Source: Heterodontus francisci (lineage: Eukaryota). From it: a DNA stretch of 64,000 nucleotides. The DNA is taken from NCBI RefSeq assembly GCF_036365525.1, contig NC_090412.1, positions 16,232,963 to 16,296,962 on the forward strand, written 5' to 3'. Below, piece after piece: positions 12,713-26,500 of the stretch (its first letter is position 1; every line of letters begins with the position of its first letter). The notes under the pieces are model-generated. The model was not told where the DNA came from. It saw only the letters and a program-made list of their open reading frames with translations, and did not search any database. A program made the translations under genes and the position numbers.

Positions 12713-13289
12713 TTCCGTGTTGTTTCAGTCGCTGTGAGGCGACTATGGAGTGACCTCTCCATGGCACATGCCTGGGCCAATGTATGGAGGTTGAGAGTTG
12801 CCCAAGCGACAAAACCCCCATCTCGGCCTTTCTGGTGGGGTCCAAAGGAGTGCAGAGCATGACGTTTGGCACCGGTATGGCTGCAGGAACTGCCGGAAAC
12901 GTGCCAAAGGTGACACGTGACCGTCTACGGGGTTCCACTCCGGATTTTCTGTTAGGGTTTACTCCCTTAGCTTTGGTCTCTCCCGAGACGCCCACAAGGC
13001 AGTGGGGTTGTTAGGGCCCCTACACAGGTGTTGGAGGATGCCGGTGGGAGGAGGGGGTGCGAGGGGGAGCTGGGAAGGGGGCTGTAAGGTGGGGGGGTGC
13101 AGGGGAAGGGGGTGCAGGGGGAAGATGGTGCGAGGGGGAGCTGGGAAGGGGTTGTGAGGGGGGAGGGGGGTGCGGGGGGAGGAGCTGAGAGTGTGGAGCT
13201 GGGAAGGGGAAGGAAGGGGATGCAGGTAATAAGCCATTTCCTCAGTTCCCACCATTGATGCCTGGGAAGCTCATCCGCGTCCTTCAGTG
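12713..13289 (-). mobile_element. RTE-5'UTR-like short element with an internal G-rich repeat and a 9-bp TSD
   Basis: Minus strand CCCCACTGCCTTGTGGGCGTCTCGGGAGAGACCAAAGCTAAGGGAGTAAACCCTAACAGAAAATCCGGAGTGGAACCCC resembles recalled RTE/AviRTE 5'UTRs. Flanked by GTAATGACC at 12704-12712 and 13290-13298. Confidence 0.6.
13044..13226 (+). repeat. G-rich degenerate minisatellite, predicted G-quadruplex
   Basis: Repeated GGTGCGAGGGGGAGCTGGGAAGGG units with many G3+ runs. Confidence 0.85.
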
Positions 13290-14163
13290 GTAATGACCAC
13301 TGCAAGAGTTACTGTAGGACATCGTCCAGACTGCTGAATCCTGGACAGTGGCAATACTTTCAGGAGGGGATAGGAGTAATATTTCAACACAAGTATTGTA
13401 GAAATATTTTGATTTTCATACTCAAAGAGCTTTAGTATGAGCAGCAATAAGTATTTTTGACTTGGGTTCAGATATTGGAGATGAAAATCAGCTAAAGAAT
13501 CTAGGAAACTGGAAATTCAATTGAATTAATTTCATTAGTAATTTACACTTGGTTATTTACTATTCTAATGACTATAATGCTAATCAATAGTCTACATTGT
13601 AATTTTATACATTTGTACACTCATTCTCTGCTGCATTCTGAGAGAGAGAATCGGCTTTAAATTGGAGTCTGCCTTTGGTTAACTGATTACCTTAAAAGGA
13701 AGTGTTCTGTACTCATTCACTGGGTGGAGGATAGTGCCACCAAGTGGATACCAAGAACATTTATAGTTGTAGCTTTCTACACAGGTTTCATGTAGAACAT
13801 GTAAATACATTGCATGGGGTGGTACTGAGCCAGACAGACTAAGAGGTTCCAGTTTTGATTCATGGGCACCAGCTTGGGCCCTACAACTAGCCAGAGCACT
13901 CGTCAGTTGTGGAGAGGTGAAAAGGAGAAAAGAATCACAGTCGGGGCTCCCATTCTGATTGATCTCCAATTTCCTGTGCTGGGAAATGCTCATGAGTGGA
14001 AATGGGCCCAGGACACACACTACAGCTTGCAGACACTCACAGTCTAGACTAGCACAACAATGCACACTTCGATGACATCCTGGAGGCACATGTGGATCCA
14101 TAACCTTAGTGGGAGTTGACACCTTCAGGAGACTCACATCAACAACTTGCATTTATATAGCAC

Positions 14164-15083
14164 TGTGACAAAACCACACCTGCCAAATGGAAACATATTA
14201 ATTTTGTCATATGGACACTATTTGAATTGTTACTGGACATTGAACATAACTTGTTTAAAAGAGACCACAAAGCAGTGGCTGAAAACTTGGCTGCACATTT
14301 GCATTCTGAGACAATGGGGGTGCTCCCTGATTCAATTAGCCAGATGGGTTTTGTCAATGGTGACGTTCAAAAGACATTGAGAGTCATTGTTTGTGTAAGA
14401 GCCATCATTCCACCCCCACCACCGCCCAAATGAGTGTGTCTGGTAAGCTTTGAAGAATCAACAAACCTCGCAGGCGATGCCATTTCAAACAAAGAGCTAG
14501 TCACATGACTAGCCTGCGAGCCAATCTGGGAATTGATTGAATTGTGCTCACAGTAAAGGTTTGAGTCAGACTGCATTTTGAAGACCAAAGAGAAGTAAGG
14601 TCTCTCTCTCTGACGCAAAGTTCCAGGGACCCAAGGAGCCTTCTGGTACCAGTGAAACAAGTTTGAAAGCGTGCACTGGGCCCCAACGAGAACTGCAAGA
14701 CTTAACTTCAATCGAAGACTTTACACCCAACCCAAAACCAGTAACTGAATTCCATCTACCACTTCAAATCTCCCCACTTTAAATTCTTTCTCCTCCTCTG
14801 TATCTACGTGTGTTTTTCGCGTATGCATGCTAGCATGGTTGCGTCGCGTATTCTTAGCAGTTTTAACTGAGTTAGAGTTTTAAGGTTCATAAACTTACAC
14901 CTTTCTTGTTTAAACCTGAGAAAACCTGTCTGATTAATTCTTACAATTGAACAGCAGTGAGCAAGGACTCCAGTGAGGGAAAGCTTAAAAAAAAAAGTGT
15001 TTTAAAAGTTAAACCCTGTTCCGGCCAAACCAGGAAAAGGCCAAGAGGGGAGCCCTAGATCCCTTCCTCACCTGGTCATAACA
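14164..15083. mobile_element. Solo LTR (920 bp) with a 5-bp TSD
   Basis: Starts TGTGACA and ends CATAACA (TG...CA). AGCAC is duplicated at 14159-14163 and 15084-15088. Interrupts an L2 tail. Confidence 0.85.
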
Positions 15084-15510
15084 AGCACCTATAATGTAGT
15101 AAAATGACTTAAGACGCTTCCATAGGAGTGCTTTCAAACAAAATTTGACACTAAGCCACATAAGGAGATATTAGAGCTGGTGATCAAAAGTTTGGTCAAA
15201 AAGGTAGTATTCAAGAAATGTCTTAAAGGGGGAGAGGTTTAGGGTGGGAATTTCAAGCTTAGGGCTGAGACAGCTGAAGGTACAGCTGCCAATGGTGCAG
15301 CGGTGACAATCGGGGATGTGCAATAGGCCAGAATTGGAGGAGCACAGAGGTCTCTGAAGGTTGCAGGGCTGGAGGAGGTTACAGAGATATGAAGAGGTGA
15401 GACCCTGGAGCGATTTGTAAACAAGGATGAGAATTTTAAAATCAAAGCATTGCTGGACAAGAAGCCAATGTAAGTCAGTGAGCACAGGGGTAATGGGTGA
15501 ATGGGTCTCA
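15084..15510 (-). mobile_element. L2 LINE 3' end (extreme tail at 14140-14163)
   Basis: ORF 15171-15485 LHWLLVQQCFDFKILILVYKSLQGLTSSYL is the characteristic L2 ORF2 C-terminus. Confidence 0.85.
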
Positions 15511-15639
15511 GTGCAATTTTATCAGTGAATAGAGTAGCACTTACACTCAGTGAAGGAAGTACCTTTCAAGTTTTAGTACTGGTTTTCCTTTGCAACTCTT
15601 GGGAGGCATGTTGATCGTAAAAGTCATTCCATCTCAAGT

Positions 15640-16100
15640 CCTAAGGAAGGATATACTTGCCTTGGAGGCAGCACAACAAAAGTTCACGAGATTGGTACCT
15701 GGGATGAGAGTGTTGTCCTATGAGGAGAGACTGAGTAAATTAGGTCTCTACTCTCTGGAGTTAAGAATGAGAGGTGACCTCATTGAAACATACAAGATTC
15801 TGAAGGGGCTTAACAGAGTAGACACTGAGGGGTTGTTTCCCCCGGCTGGAGAATCTAGAACACGGGCAGTCTCAGGATAAGGAGCCGATCATTTAGGACT
15901 GAGATGAGGAGAAATTTCTTCACTCAAAGGGTTGTGAATCTTTATCCTAGAGTGTTGTAGATGCTCCATAGTTGAATATATTTAAGACTGAGATAGACAG
16001 ATGTTTCCTCTCTCAGGAAATAGAGGGATATGGGGAGTAGGTGGGAAAATGGAGTTAAGGCACTGTATGGTCTACTCTTGCTCCTATTTCTAATGTTATG
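15640..16100 (+). mobile_element. CR1 LINE 3' fragment
   Basis: LRKDILALE...LSYEERLSKLGLYSLE..MRGDLIETYKIL, followed by a CR1 tail. Confidence 0.9.
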
Positions 16101-17450
16101 GCTTTTTATTCATGATGGGAAAATGACAAAAATCTAATGTCTTAAAGGGAGGCTCAATACAAATCAAAAAATACATTGAGGCATCAGAGCAAGTTACATT
16201 CTGATGTACTGTAAAGTTCACTTCCTTGTTAGCTCCACCAGGTGCTAAATATTTTCAAAAGCAATGCAAGCCTTCATAGGGGACAGGCTCATACTTGTGG
16301 TTTCTTCCCTTCATTGAGTGGAAATGAAAATGTCACGATACTGGGCATCAGCCAACTAGCCAGAAATAGCCTTTTCTTTGGATTCCGCTTTAGATCTCCG
16401 GCCAAATGAGTGGTTTTAACAAGCAGACAAAATCCATTCACCGACAACTACACAGCATGCAAATTAATAGAATTTCATGAGTTTTGTAAAAAAGTGAGCT
16501 ATGTAAAACAGCACAAACCTACAATCAAAGTTTGTACCTGGGTTTGAATCCAGTTTATACAAATATGAAAAAGCTTCCTTTATTTGATGACTGTCAAGAG
16601 TTTTAGTTCCGTTCCTTGGAGTCTACACACTGCACTCACACACATAGGACTAAAAGAAAAAGCACAATTCTACAATTCAGATGTGTTTCATATTGAAAAA
16701 TTTATTAGATTGTTAGGCAGATATACTAAATATAATAAAAATTGAAGTGCAGGGTGTAGATAAAGTGAAATGATTGAAGGCACTATGACTTTAAAATAAA
16801 AATCTGAAATTCTCAACTTTTGAAAAAACATACCACCCCATTTACACATTCCTGCACTCAACATAACTGTTAGAAATTTCAAAACATTACCCTTACATTC
16901 CCCTCTCTTGCCTGCTTTCCATTTCAATCCTCTCTGTTAATCTCAAATGAAAATTAGACAATGGTATGGCCTACTCCTGCAGCTGGGATCGGAGCAGCTC
17001 CGGGGCTCGACTTCTACTTACACTGTAGTAGCAGGGGTTGCTTCCGTTTTGCTGATTTCCCCCCACCTTTGCTTCCTTTCTCCCAACTGCACGACACCTA
17101 GCTGAGAATAGCAATAGTCATGAGGAGGGGAGGTGCAGGAAGAGGAGATAGACTGTCTAGGTACAAATCTCCTCAGGGGCTAGAATACCAGCCTCTCATC
17201 GCTCAAATACTGAACACAAAAATAACTCCATTTTACTTTTCTTTCTGACAGCTAGTTGTAAACTAACATAGTATTAACAAATGAATCCTATTCACAAAAG
17301 CTTCAAAATAATCTAATTATATATTTGAAAACTTACATTGCAGAGTATGAATATCTAGTAGCCTCAGCTATTACACACCGATATACCCATTTTGTTTTGC
17401 AGTTACTGGTCATTATGATGGCAAATCTACAACAAGCCACTTCTAGCATT

Positions 17451-17562
17451 TTATTGAGCAGATAAAGTTGCTCTTGTAACAATTCCTTGCGAGCCCTGTG
17501 GTTTACTTCTTTCTGCAGACATGCGTTCAAGGCGTTCAGTGTAGAATCCATTAAAATCTAAC
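17451..17562 (-). CDS. TUBGCP2: TUBGCP2 exon 18 (last coding exon)
   Basis: Acceptor ttgcag; (R)LDFNGFYTERLERMSAERSKPQGSQGIVTRATLSAQ*. Confidence 0.95.
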
Positions 17563-20500
17563 CTGCAATGGACAAACACAAAAGTAGTTAAACAGATCAA
17601 ATTATCTAAACGGATTTTAAGAATGAAAGAAATATGCTCTGGAATTGCATGCATGATCATGAGGAATTCTTCTCAGCCTCATACAAGATTACATTCTGGC
17701 TGGTGTGTGGTCATGTTGAAGCATCCTTTACATTAATATGAAATAATTGGATCAAAGTGACATTAACTATGCAATGAAGCGTTTATGCCTGACTCGTAGC
17801 CCGAGTTTCACGATTTCAAAGTCACAAATTGCTCGTCACTGTAGACAGAAAGCTTATTCATTTTTAACTCTGCCACTAGATGGAACACTGTGCTTTGGCG
17901 GAGCATCATGTGCGTGGAAAGCAAATTGCTGGTCTTGTTACAACAGCCTCTTTTATGTCGGTATTTTGATGCACTGCCTAAATTATAAATAAGGAGATGC
18001 CTGCGGAGCATATAATGCCTTCCTTCTACCCAATAAAAAAAGGTTGCACACTAGCCAATGCACCCGTGAGGAAAATAGGAAGGAAAGCTTGGCGATTTAA
18101 AGGGCATATATCAGAAGGATTAAATCGAGATGTTCATTACTAATCCATTTTTCAAGTCTCCAAATATATGCAGATCACTTTAAAGAGCTGACATGGTTTT
18201 CTCAAATTACCAACTTTGACTTCTTAATCACTGGTTTCATAAGTCAGTATCTACTAGCACGCTCAGTTGCTGGAAATTTCCTCGGGAGTTCTCCGGTTTG
18301 GCCAGAGTAACTCTGGTGGAAACTGGATAAACCATGTAAATGGGGAAATTGCTGATGTTCTGCCAAAATTATGACTGCCAACCAGGAATACCCCAAGGAA
18401 ATTCCCAGTGAGTGTCTTTCGATGCTAAAGAGCCCAGTGTTTTCAAAAGTTTCTTTATAATTCAAAAGCATCTTTTATTGTAAATTATAGTTACATTTTC
18501 TCCATTTTAACATAATTTACAAGTGAGCAATATGATTCTGAAAGCAGAAGAGGTGGAGGTACACCCAACTGGCTCTTCCCCAGACCCATTAACATTAGTC
18601 TTGTCCAATAGGAAGCTTTTAAGCGACACTAACTCTGGGTATAATGGGCATCATCTGAGCTGAAGATGATCAGGAAAAGACAACAAAGCTGTGAGCAAAA
18701 GATGTTAAAATGCTGCTTACACCTTACACAGGAAGAATCAGAGTACTGATCCAAACCCTTGCAAGGGTTCTGACACCAGTCTGAGACACACAAGTGGAGG
18801 GCAAGGAGCTTAACAATTAAAGGAGAGGTTCGTAAAAATATTTCCCAAAAAGTCATTTAGAATGTGAATTCTATGGCACAATCATTGTTGAAGCAGAGGC
18901 CATAAATTCTTTTAAGAGGGAATTACATCTTTGTTTAAAAATGACCGAAAAGGAATAGGGACTGAGTAGGCAGCTGGAATTCGACTGGGTAGATCATATG
19001 CAGCAAAATACCAGGAAAAATGACAATTTTCTGTGCTGTAACTTTCTATGATTGTATTAATTCCAAGCTAGAGGAAGGAACTATGATGTTCACAAAATAA
19101 AAGCTTAGATATGATGATTAAGCAGAAAAACAAAAATCATACATAGGCTTGATAGGCCAAATGGTCCTTTATCACTTGATAAGACTGACTAACTCACGTC
19201 TCCTGTATTTTATATGCAGAATAATCAAATAATTTTGAATTCTGCACCAACAGCAAAATCTAATTTTCAAATGCTGTATATGGAAAGAAAACTGAGCCAG
19301 TAACCTACCTGTATATAATATTGATCATACTGTGCTCGCAGTCATTTGTACTTGAAATGCTTAATCTGTCCAGCAGATCAAGCAGGTTGGAAGAGAAGTT
19401 GTTGTCAAATGTGTTGATAGTACCCTCAAATCCAGATGTCGAATGCAGTGCATCTGCATGCTCTGCTACAAACTGTGAAAACAGCCAAGCTTGAGAAACT
19501 GGACTGAACAACAGTAAGAAGGAAATTTCTCACTTACCTTACACTGAATCACTATTTTTTTTGGTTTTTAATTCAGATATGAGGAAATTGACTACAACCA
19601 ACATCGAGAAATTTAAAAACTACAGAATTACAAATATTAAAAAAAAATCAATGCTGGGCAATAAAAAGATGTCTAATTTTTGCCTCCAATGTCTGCAGCA
19701 TGCACTCCCAGATGCAGATGAAACTCTGCAATTCTCCAACCACCACCAGCCGCCCCCATCCCCGCCACTGTGGACCCCAACCTTAGCCTTGGAACACATC
19801 GACTCCATCAGTGTGAATATTTCTATTTTCTACATCAGCCATTCAGTGATATTGCCAACTTATTCAAAATTGCTGGTGGTTTTCTGCTGTTGGTCTGTAC
19901 TGATGAACAAAGAAGGTTGTGATTGCCAAATTAATTTGACGAAGAAATATTTCATTCCAGATGGGATGGATTTAAATTACAGGTCCCAAGGACAAAGGGG
20001 CTGTGTTCTTTTTAAACCACTGCAATAAACTACAGAAGCTAAATATTACAAGATTACTGTATTTTCAACACAAAATATTTGTTGTCAGCATGCTGCCAAG
20101 GTCAGTATGTTGCCAAGAATAAAAGGTATTAGACAGGATATTTGCCTTTTTGGTGAGCCTCTTCTTTTCAGTCTCTTCAGAGCGTTCTGACTGAGTTGGT
20201 GGACCCTTCATTGTGCCATGTTCCAGTGTCAGACGTGTCATCTCACTATCAATCTTTATGCTTTGAGTAAACCTCTAGGAATATAACAAGGAAATTTAAA
20301 GCTTTCGTACTTCAAACAATCTTAAATAAATAAAAAGTATATGAAGAGGTAGGAGAAGGCAACTTTCATAACAGACAACAATTCTGTTCCCATAAAGAGT
20401 CTGGCTTTGCTCAGGATCCAAGTTGAATACAATGAACAAATTTTGGACTATGGGCCCTGGACGTGCAATAATTTGGAAGTGTGTAATTTAATTAGGAACT

Positions 20501-23500
20501 AAAATAAAATGGAGCTGTGGATTTTTTTTAAATTCATTCATGGGATGTGGGCGTCACTGGCTATGCCAGCATTTATTGCCCATCCCTAATTGCCCTGGAG
20601 AAGGTGGTGGTGAGCTGCCTTCCTGAACCGCTGCAGTCCATGTGAGGTAGGTACACCCACAGTGCTGTTAGGAAGGGAGTTCCAGGATTTTGACCCAGTG
20701 ACAGCGAAGGAACGGCGATATAATTCCAAGTCAGGATGGTGTGTGACTTGGATGGGAACTTGCAGGTGGCGATGTTCCCATGCATATGCTGCTCTTGTCC
20801 TTCAAGGTGGTAGAGGTCGCGTTTATATTCCCATTTATGGAAAGGCACAGATTCTGATCTAATTGCACTTTTAACTCACTGATTGAGGCAGGCAACATGT
20901 GCATTTTATATTTGATGCATTTTAGTGTAGTTAGAATTATGCAAACAAACGAACACCTATTAACTAAGTGATGCCCTGGACTGGATCTTTGGATATGGAA
21001 AGCATTGGTTGGAAGGAAAGTGACAGATTTTCGGATTGTTATTTAATTTCAATAGCTCTGTTGATTTCTTGTTTGATTCAATGTTTAGTTCCTATTGTAC
21101 CACCCATTCGTCCAAATTCCTATACAGGATGATTCACTGGATGACCAGATATGATTTTGAAAGAACTAGTTGTTGCTAAATCTTATATTTCATGGAAGTT
21201 CACAGCAGAGAAATATACCATTCAGCCAATCAAGTCTGTGTTAATGTTTTTCTTCATGAGAAAGAAAGAAAAATCTTGCATTCCTATAACCTTTCATGAC
21301 CTCAAAGCATCCTAGCTAATGAAGTACTTTTGAAAGGTAAGTCACTATTGTAATGTCGGAAACGTGGCAGCCAATTTGTGTGTAGCAAACAGCAATGTGA
21401 TAATGACCAGATAATCAGTGGTGATTTTGGTTGAGGATAAATATTGGCCAGGATACTGGGTAGAATTCCCCTGCTCTTTGAAATAGAGGGCTGATAGAGC
21501 CTCAGTTTAACGTCTCACCCGAAAGACCGCACCTTCGACAGTGCAGCATTACTTCAGTAGCTCGGAATTTTTTCTCTCCAAAATTTGAAATTTAAGACAA
21601 GGCTCTATTCAGCTGGTTAAAGAATGTTGATAAGTGATATTTTATACTAAAACACCTTATATTATTTGGTATAATTTACACTTTAACTTAGGACGGATGG
21701 AATAGGCTCTTCAAAAGGAATTTATTAATTGAAGGGTGAAACTTTGTAAACTCCTTCCTTGATGTATATGCGATACTTTAAAATCTCCACAATGTATCCC
21801 CCTCCATTTTCAAAAGGGAGAGAAAGCTGCAGCAGCTGTGTAACCTTTAATATGACGGTATAAAATTATACACATCTCCATTAGGCAAGGGCCAGACAAG
21901 TAATGTGCACATTTCTACCCTTTAATAGTGAAGCTGAATTAGGACCACACTGTTACTGCGAGTGAACTAAATATTTGTAATCAACGTTGCTAGATGGTTT
22001 GTTTTTGACACAAAATGACAAATCAAAAAAGATTAAGATTATAGATGGGTTCTGAGATTTGAACTCAACCAAATGTCAGCACCTGTGCCATTTACCAAGG
22101 ATTAGGAAAAGTGTAAGGCAGAAGTTGTGTTTCAAATGCACAGTAATTGGAATCACTTATTGCATGCAACTAATTAAAGCTGTGTCAGTTTTAACCCTTT
22201 CATTTTTTTTAAAACTTGCTTGTTAAATTTCAAGAGCATGCACATCGCTTTTACTACAGAATACAGAAAAGCAGACATGCTGGGAAATTTGTATAATGAA
22301 TTTTGTGCATTAAAATTAAATGGTCAAACTATAGATTATTTCCACATTCAATACTCCTTTGAATAAATCACAACTTGGACACTTTTTTATTTTTGTATTT
22401 TAAGTTCTAAAGTGTCAAAAGTGAGGCAGTACTGATTAATTCAGTCAAATTTTACCCAGTAGTTGAGCAATAACTATCAGAAAGTCCTAGCTTTGACATT
22501 CATTCTGTACTAATGTCAGCTGGGATAGTGGTTCAGACACAGCAATTTGCCTTAGTGCCTCCAGGTTAGGAAATAAAAAACTGGGCAGTTTCGCTGCTCC
22601 AGATCATTATTCAAAGCCCGTTACTTGAAATGAGCTTGTGTGTACACATCAGGGAAAGGATAGAGTTTGGCTATGATACTGACCATGTAGATGAGTTACT
22701 TGAAGCACCGAACAAGGAGTCAACAACTTCAAAGGAAATGTGGAGGGGGGCAGAAAATGGGCAAGGGAAGCAAGGGTGGCAAGTGTGAGAAGTGGGAGCA
22801 ACAAAATACAATCAAGTTATAACTGATGACTGCAACAGTCACAAATAAAAGCCTAGCCACCCTTAGAGGCACAGCATATACATTGATTCACCATCAAACC
22901 TATGGGCTCTCCTGGACTAATATCCAACATTAGATCCCGTCATTGGAATGCCTTTCATTAATAAGCATCTATCTATATAATTCACAGAATTAGAAAGCTG
23001 AATTTCTTGCCATTTTCACTATTGATTTACGAAGAGGCAACAAATAAACTCGTACGCCATCTTATTGTAAAAGGTGAACACACATGAATTGCAAGATCCT
23101 TTTCCTTTTCTCTTTCCCCTCCACACATTATTTTCCTCCTTCTGTCACAGCAGAGAGTACAGAATGCTGTGCCTAGGAAGTATGCAAGTGACTGGCTTCC
23201 AGATCTCTATCCATCTCCTGTAACCACTTGTATGAAATGTACATGTGGAGAGGCAGTTGCCAGTATTCTCCTTCCTCCTACCCTGAAACGGGGAAGCACA
23301 TGGGGCTGAATCTCAACCCCAAAAGCAGGTGGGATAAGTTGAGATGTTAAAACTTTAAAAATCTCAAACCCGACTCCAACCTGCTAACTTCTGGACTTAA
23401 GGGAGGCAGCACAAGGGGTGGGTAGACAATCCGCTCTTAGGAGGCGAGTTGGCCAATTAAATATTTTTCATGAGATGGGCAGCCTTTGATTTAACCTGCT

Positions 23501-26500
23501 TTGGTAGTTTATCCCAGGCCAGCTAAGGCCTTGGGAAACACAGCAGCTGAAGGGAGGCAAGGGGAGCTTCGGGGAAATGGTAAGTGCTAAATGTTGTTTC
23601 CTTTCCTCTGCCCTGGCCGCCCCAAGGACCCCTCCTAAGTGCTTCCCCAGCCAATTGGACGCCAAGCCTGTGTAGAGTTTGCAAGTTCTCCCTGTGTCTG
23701 CGTGGGTTTTCTCCGGGTGCTCCGGTTTCCTCCCACAAGCCAAAAGACTTGCAGGTTGATAGGTAAATTGGCCATTATAAATTGTCACTAGTATAGGTAG
23801 GTGGTAGGGAAATATAGGGACAGGTGGGGATGTTTGGTAGGAATGTAGGATTAGTATAAATGGGTGGTTGATGTTCGGCACAGACTCGGTGGGCCAAAGG
23901 GCCTGTTTCAGTGCTGTATCTCTAATCTAAAAAAAAAGGTCAATTATGCTGACTTCTGGGCAGGGAACCTATCAAACCAAACTACACAGTGTGGAGGGAA
24001 ACCAGAACTTCCAGGTTTCTGGACAGAAATTTAGCCCCTCCCATCTGCGCAGATCACCCCTAGGGCAGTGAGCTCAAAGAATGGCGGCCCACAAGCCAAA
24101 GAGCCACCGCGATCTCATGCGTGGCGGCTCATTTAAGTAGCTGGGGCGGGATCCTTTACATCTGACCTTCCCCCACCAAACTGCACAAAGTTTAAAGTTC
24201 ACCCCTTCCCACCATGGTGGATCGCTGCTGGCCCCATCTTTTGGCACCCCCCTCTAACCACGGAGCCCGGGTTGAAGGCTTGGTAAAATCCAGCCCCTAG
24301 TTTCAGCTTACAGCAAAGCATCACTGGTACTGATAGTCACAAGCAGGTTAGTCGATTTGCCCTTACCCAGGATTAATGAAGATGTGGATTATAAATAAGG
24401 AAGAAAAGAGGACTGAAACTTAAATACTCATAAATGCATACAATGGAATAGAAATGGGCTTACCTGCATACAGTTGGTAAACATGACACACACTGACATA
24501 AGTTTTGAGAAGATCTTCAGCAGCACTGTATTGGTCAACATACAGTCCTTCATACAGTTGTCCAGAAAACTGGTATGATAACTCAAAACCTCATCAATGT
24601 TGGATGCCTAACAAAGCACCAAAGAATTACATAAATTATGAAAGGTATTGGTTCACCTGGGAAACTTCGCACACGACCTTTAGTTAAACACTGTATGGCT
24701 GGTTTATGATTAGACAGGGTGGTGGCGGGGGAGGGGGTGGTTGCTGAATGCATAATTTATACCTGCAAAAACTGTTGCTCGGCTTATTAGAAGCTTCACC
24801 TAGAAATACTAAACTGAACAGGTAACTTCATAAGCTGCTACATTTTGATTAATAGGTGCGTGCAAAGACTTTCCTTGGGTGGTTCTCACGATTGACCACT
24901 GTAGTTTCAGTGAACAATTTAGCGGAAACCTCAAATTCAATGTGTTTCTGATGTTCTTCTGTTGAAGTTAGTGTTCAATCGGGTGAACTACTAACCTTTA
25001 TTTTGATAGGCCTGAATTCCACCCCTCCCCATCCCTAAATATACAGCTCAGTTTTTATCAGTGCTAATTATTATTCAGCATGCAAATCCAGTGATTCACA
25101 ACATCAGTGCCCACCTTTGGCCTTCTAGCGACCAGTTGGTATAACTAAATTATCTTCATGTCTAGAACCAGGGAGATAGCAGTTAAAATTCATACCTTGC
25201 TCCTGATCAAAAAAAAATAGATTCATGGGTCATAATGAAGATAACTGATTACTCATTTGCAGCCTATCATGGTAAGCATGATTTTGTTTCAGAGTAGCCT
25301 GACTTTTAATCATACATCTTCTGGGTAGAATCAGAAGGAAAAGAGCAGAAGTCAGGAATAATACTAGGAGTCAGGTGTGAGAGAGTAATGGACAACATTA
25401 AAAAATTCAGGCACTGAACAGTGTCTGTTTGAGAGAGGTTCCCCTCTCCAATCCCTTTGATCTGGCAAGCTGCCCACTTACCCTGATGAGTTAATGGAGA
25501 GCACTGTAGAAAGCAAATGACTGCAATATAACAAGCAGAACAAAGGAAGGCCAGGAAGAGTCATTCAAACCTGGATTTCAAGGAGTGTAACTTTCCCAAT
25601 TTTACCCACAAATGTACCAAGATTTTGAACAAAACTTCCAGCAACAATTCACTTGCTGAACCAAAACTCATCATAAATAAATAAAAGTTAAATATTTGAA
25701 AGAGAATTATAGCTGGTAACGGATGACTGCATGGAAGATAGCTTCTTGCTTAGGATTAATACGTTCAACCCAAGGACAATATTATTTTATCCTTTTCATA
25801 TGTTTATGAGCAGCTGCAACTATGTGAAGGAGCATGTGTAAGCAGCAGAAAGCAACTCTCTCTGACTGATTGTTTTGGTTTTGGAACCAAAACAGCTTCA
25901 AAATCCATTTCCAGAAGAGTAGTCACATCACTGATCACACTTGAATTGATCAAAGCAAGTCTGAATTGACTGAGATGCAACTGCAAGTTGATCTGGGTTC
26001 CAGGAAGTCACACTGCCAGAAGACATTTATGCCATAGGTATGGCACCTTTCTGGTTTAGATGCTGCTTTCTAGGTTTTTGCATATGCCTAATAATTTTAT
26101 TTTTCAGCAGAACAGAGAGAGAGCTGGGGATGTATGTGCACAAATCTTTGAAGGTGGCAGGGCAGGTTGAGAAAGTGGTTAAAAAGGCATAGGGGATCCT
26201 GGACTTTACAAATAGAGCATAGAGTACAAAAGCAAGGAAGTTATGATGAACCTTTATAAAACTCTGGTTCAGCCTCAACTGGAGTATTGTCTCCAATTTT
26301 GGGCATCTCAGTTTAGGAGGATGTGAAGGCTTTTGAGAGGGTGCAGAAAAGATTTATGAGAATGGTTCCAGCAATGAGGGACTTCAGTTATGTGGCTAGA
26401 TTGGAGGAGCTGGGGCTGTTTTTAGAGAAGAGGAGATTTGATAGTATTCAAGTCATGATGGGTCTAGGTAGAGTAGGTAGAGAGAAAACTTCCCAATGGC

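Noticed and set aside
12959-13305. Proline-rich minus-strand ORFs
   Set aside because: Translation of the G-rich minisatellite.
13679-14152. 157-aa minus-strand ORF
   Set aside because: Overlaps an old SINE-like repeat; no motif or splice support.
19561-20028. 155-aa plus-strand ORF in TUBGCP2 intron 16
   Set aside because: Non-ATG start, low-complexity composition and no recognisable homology.
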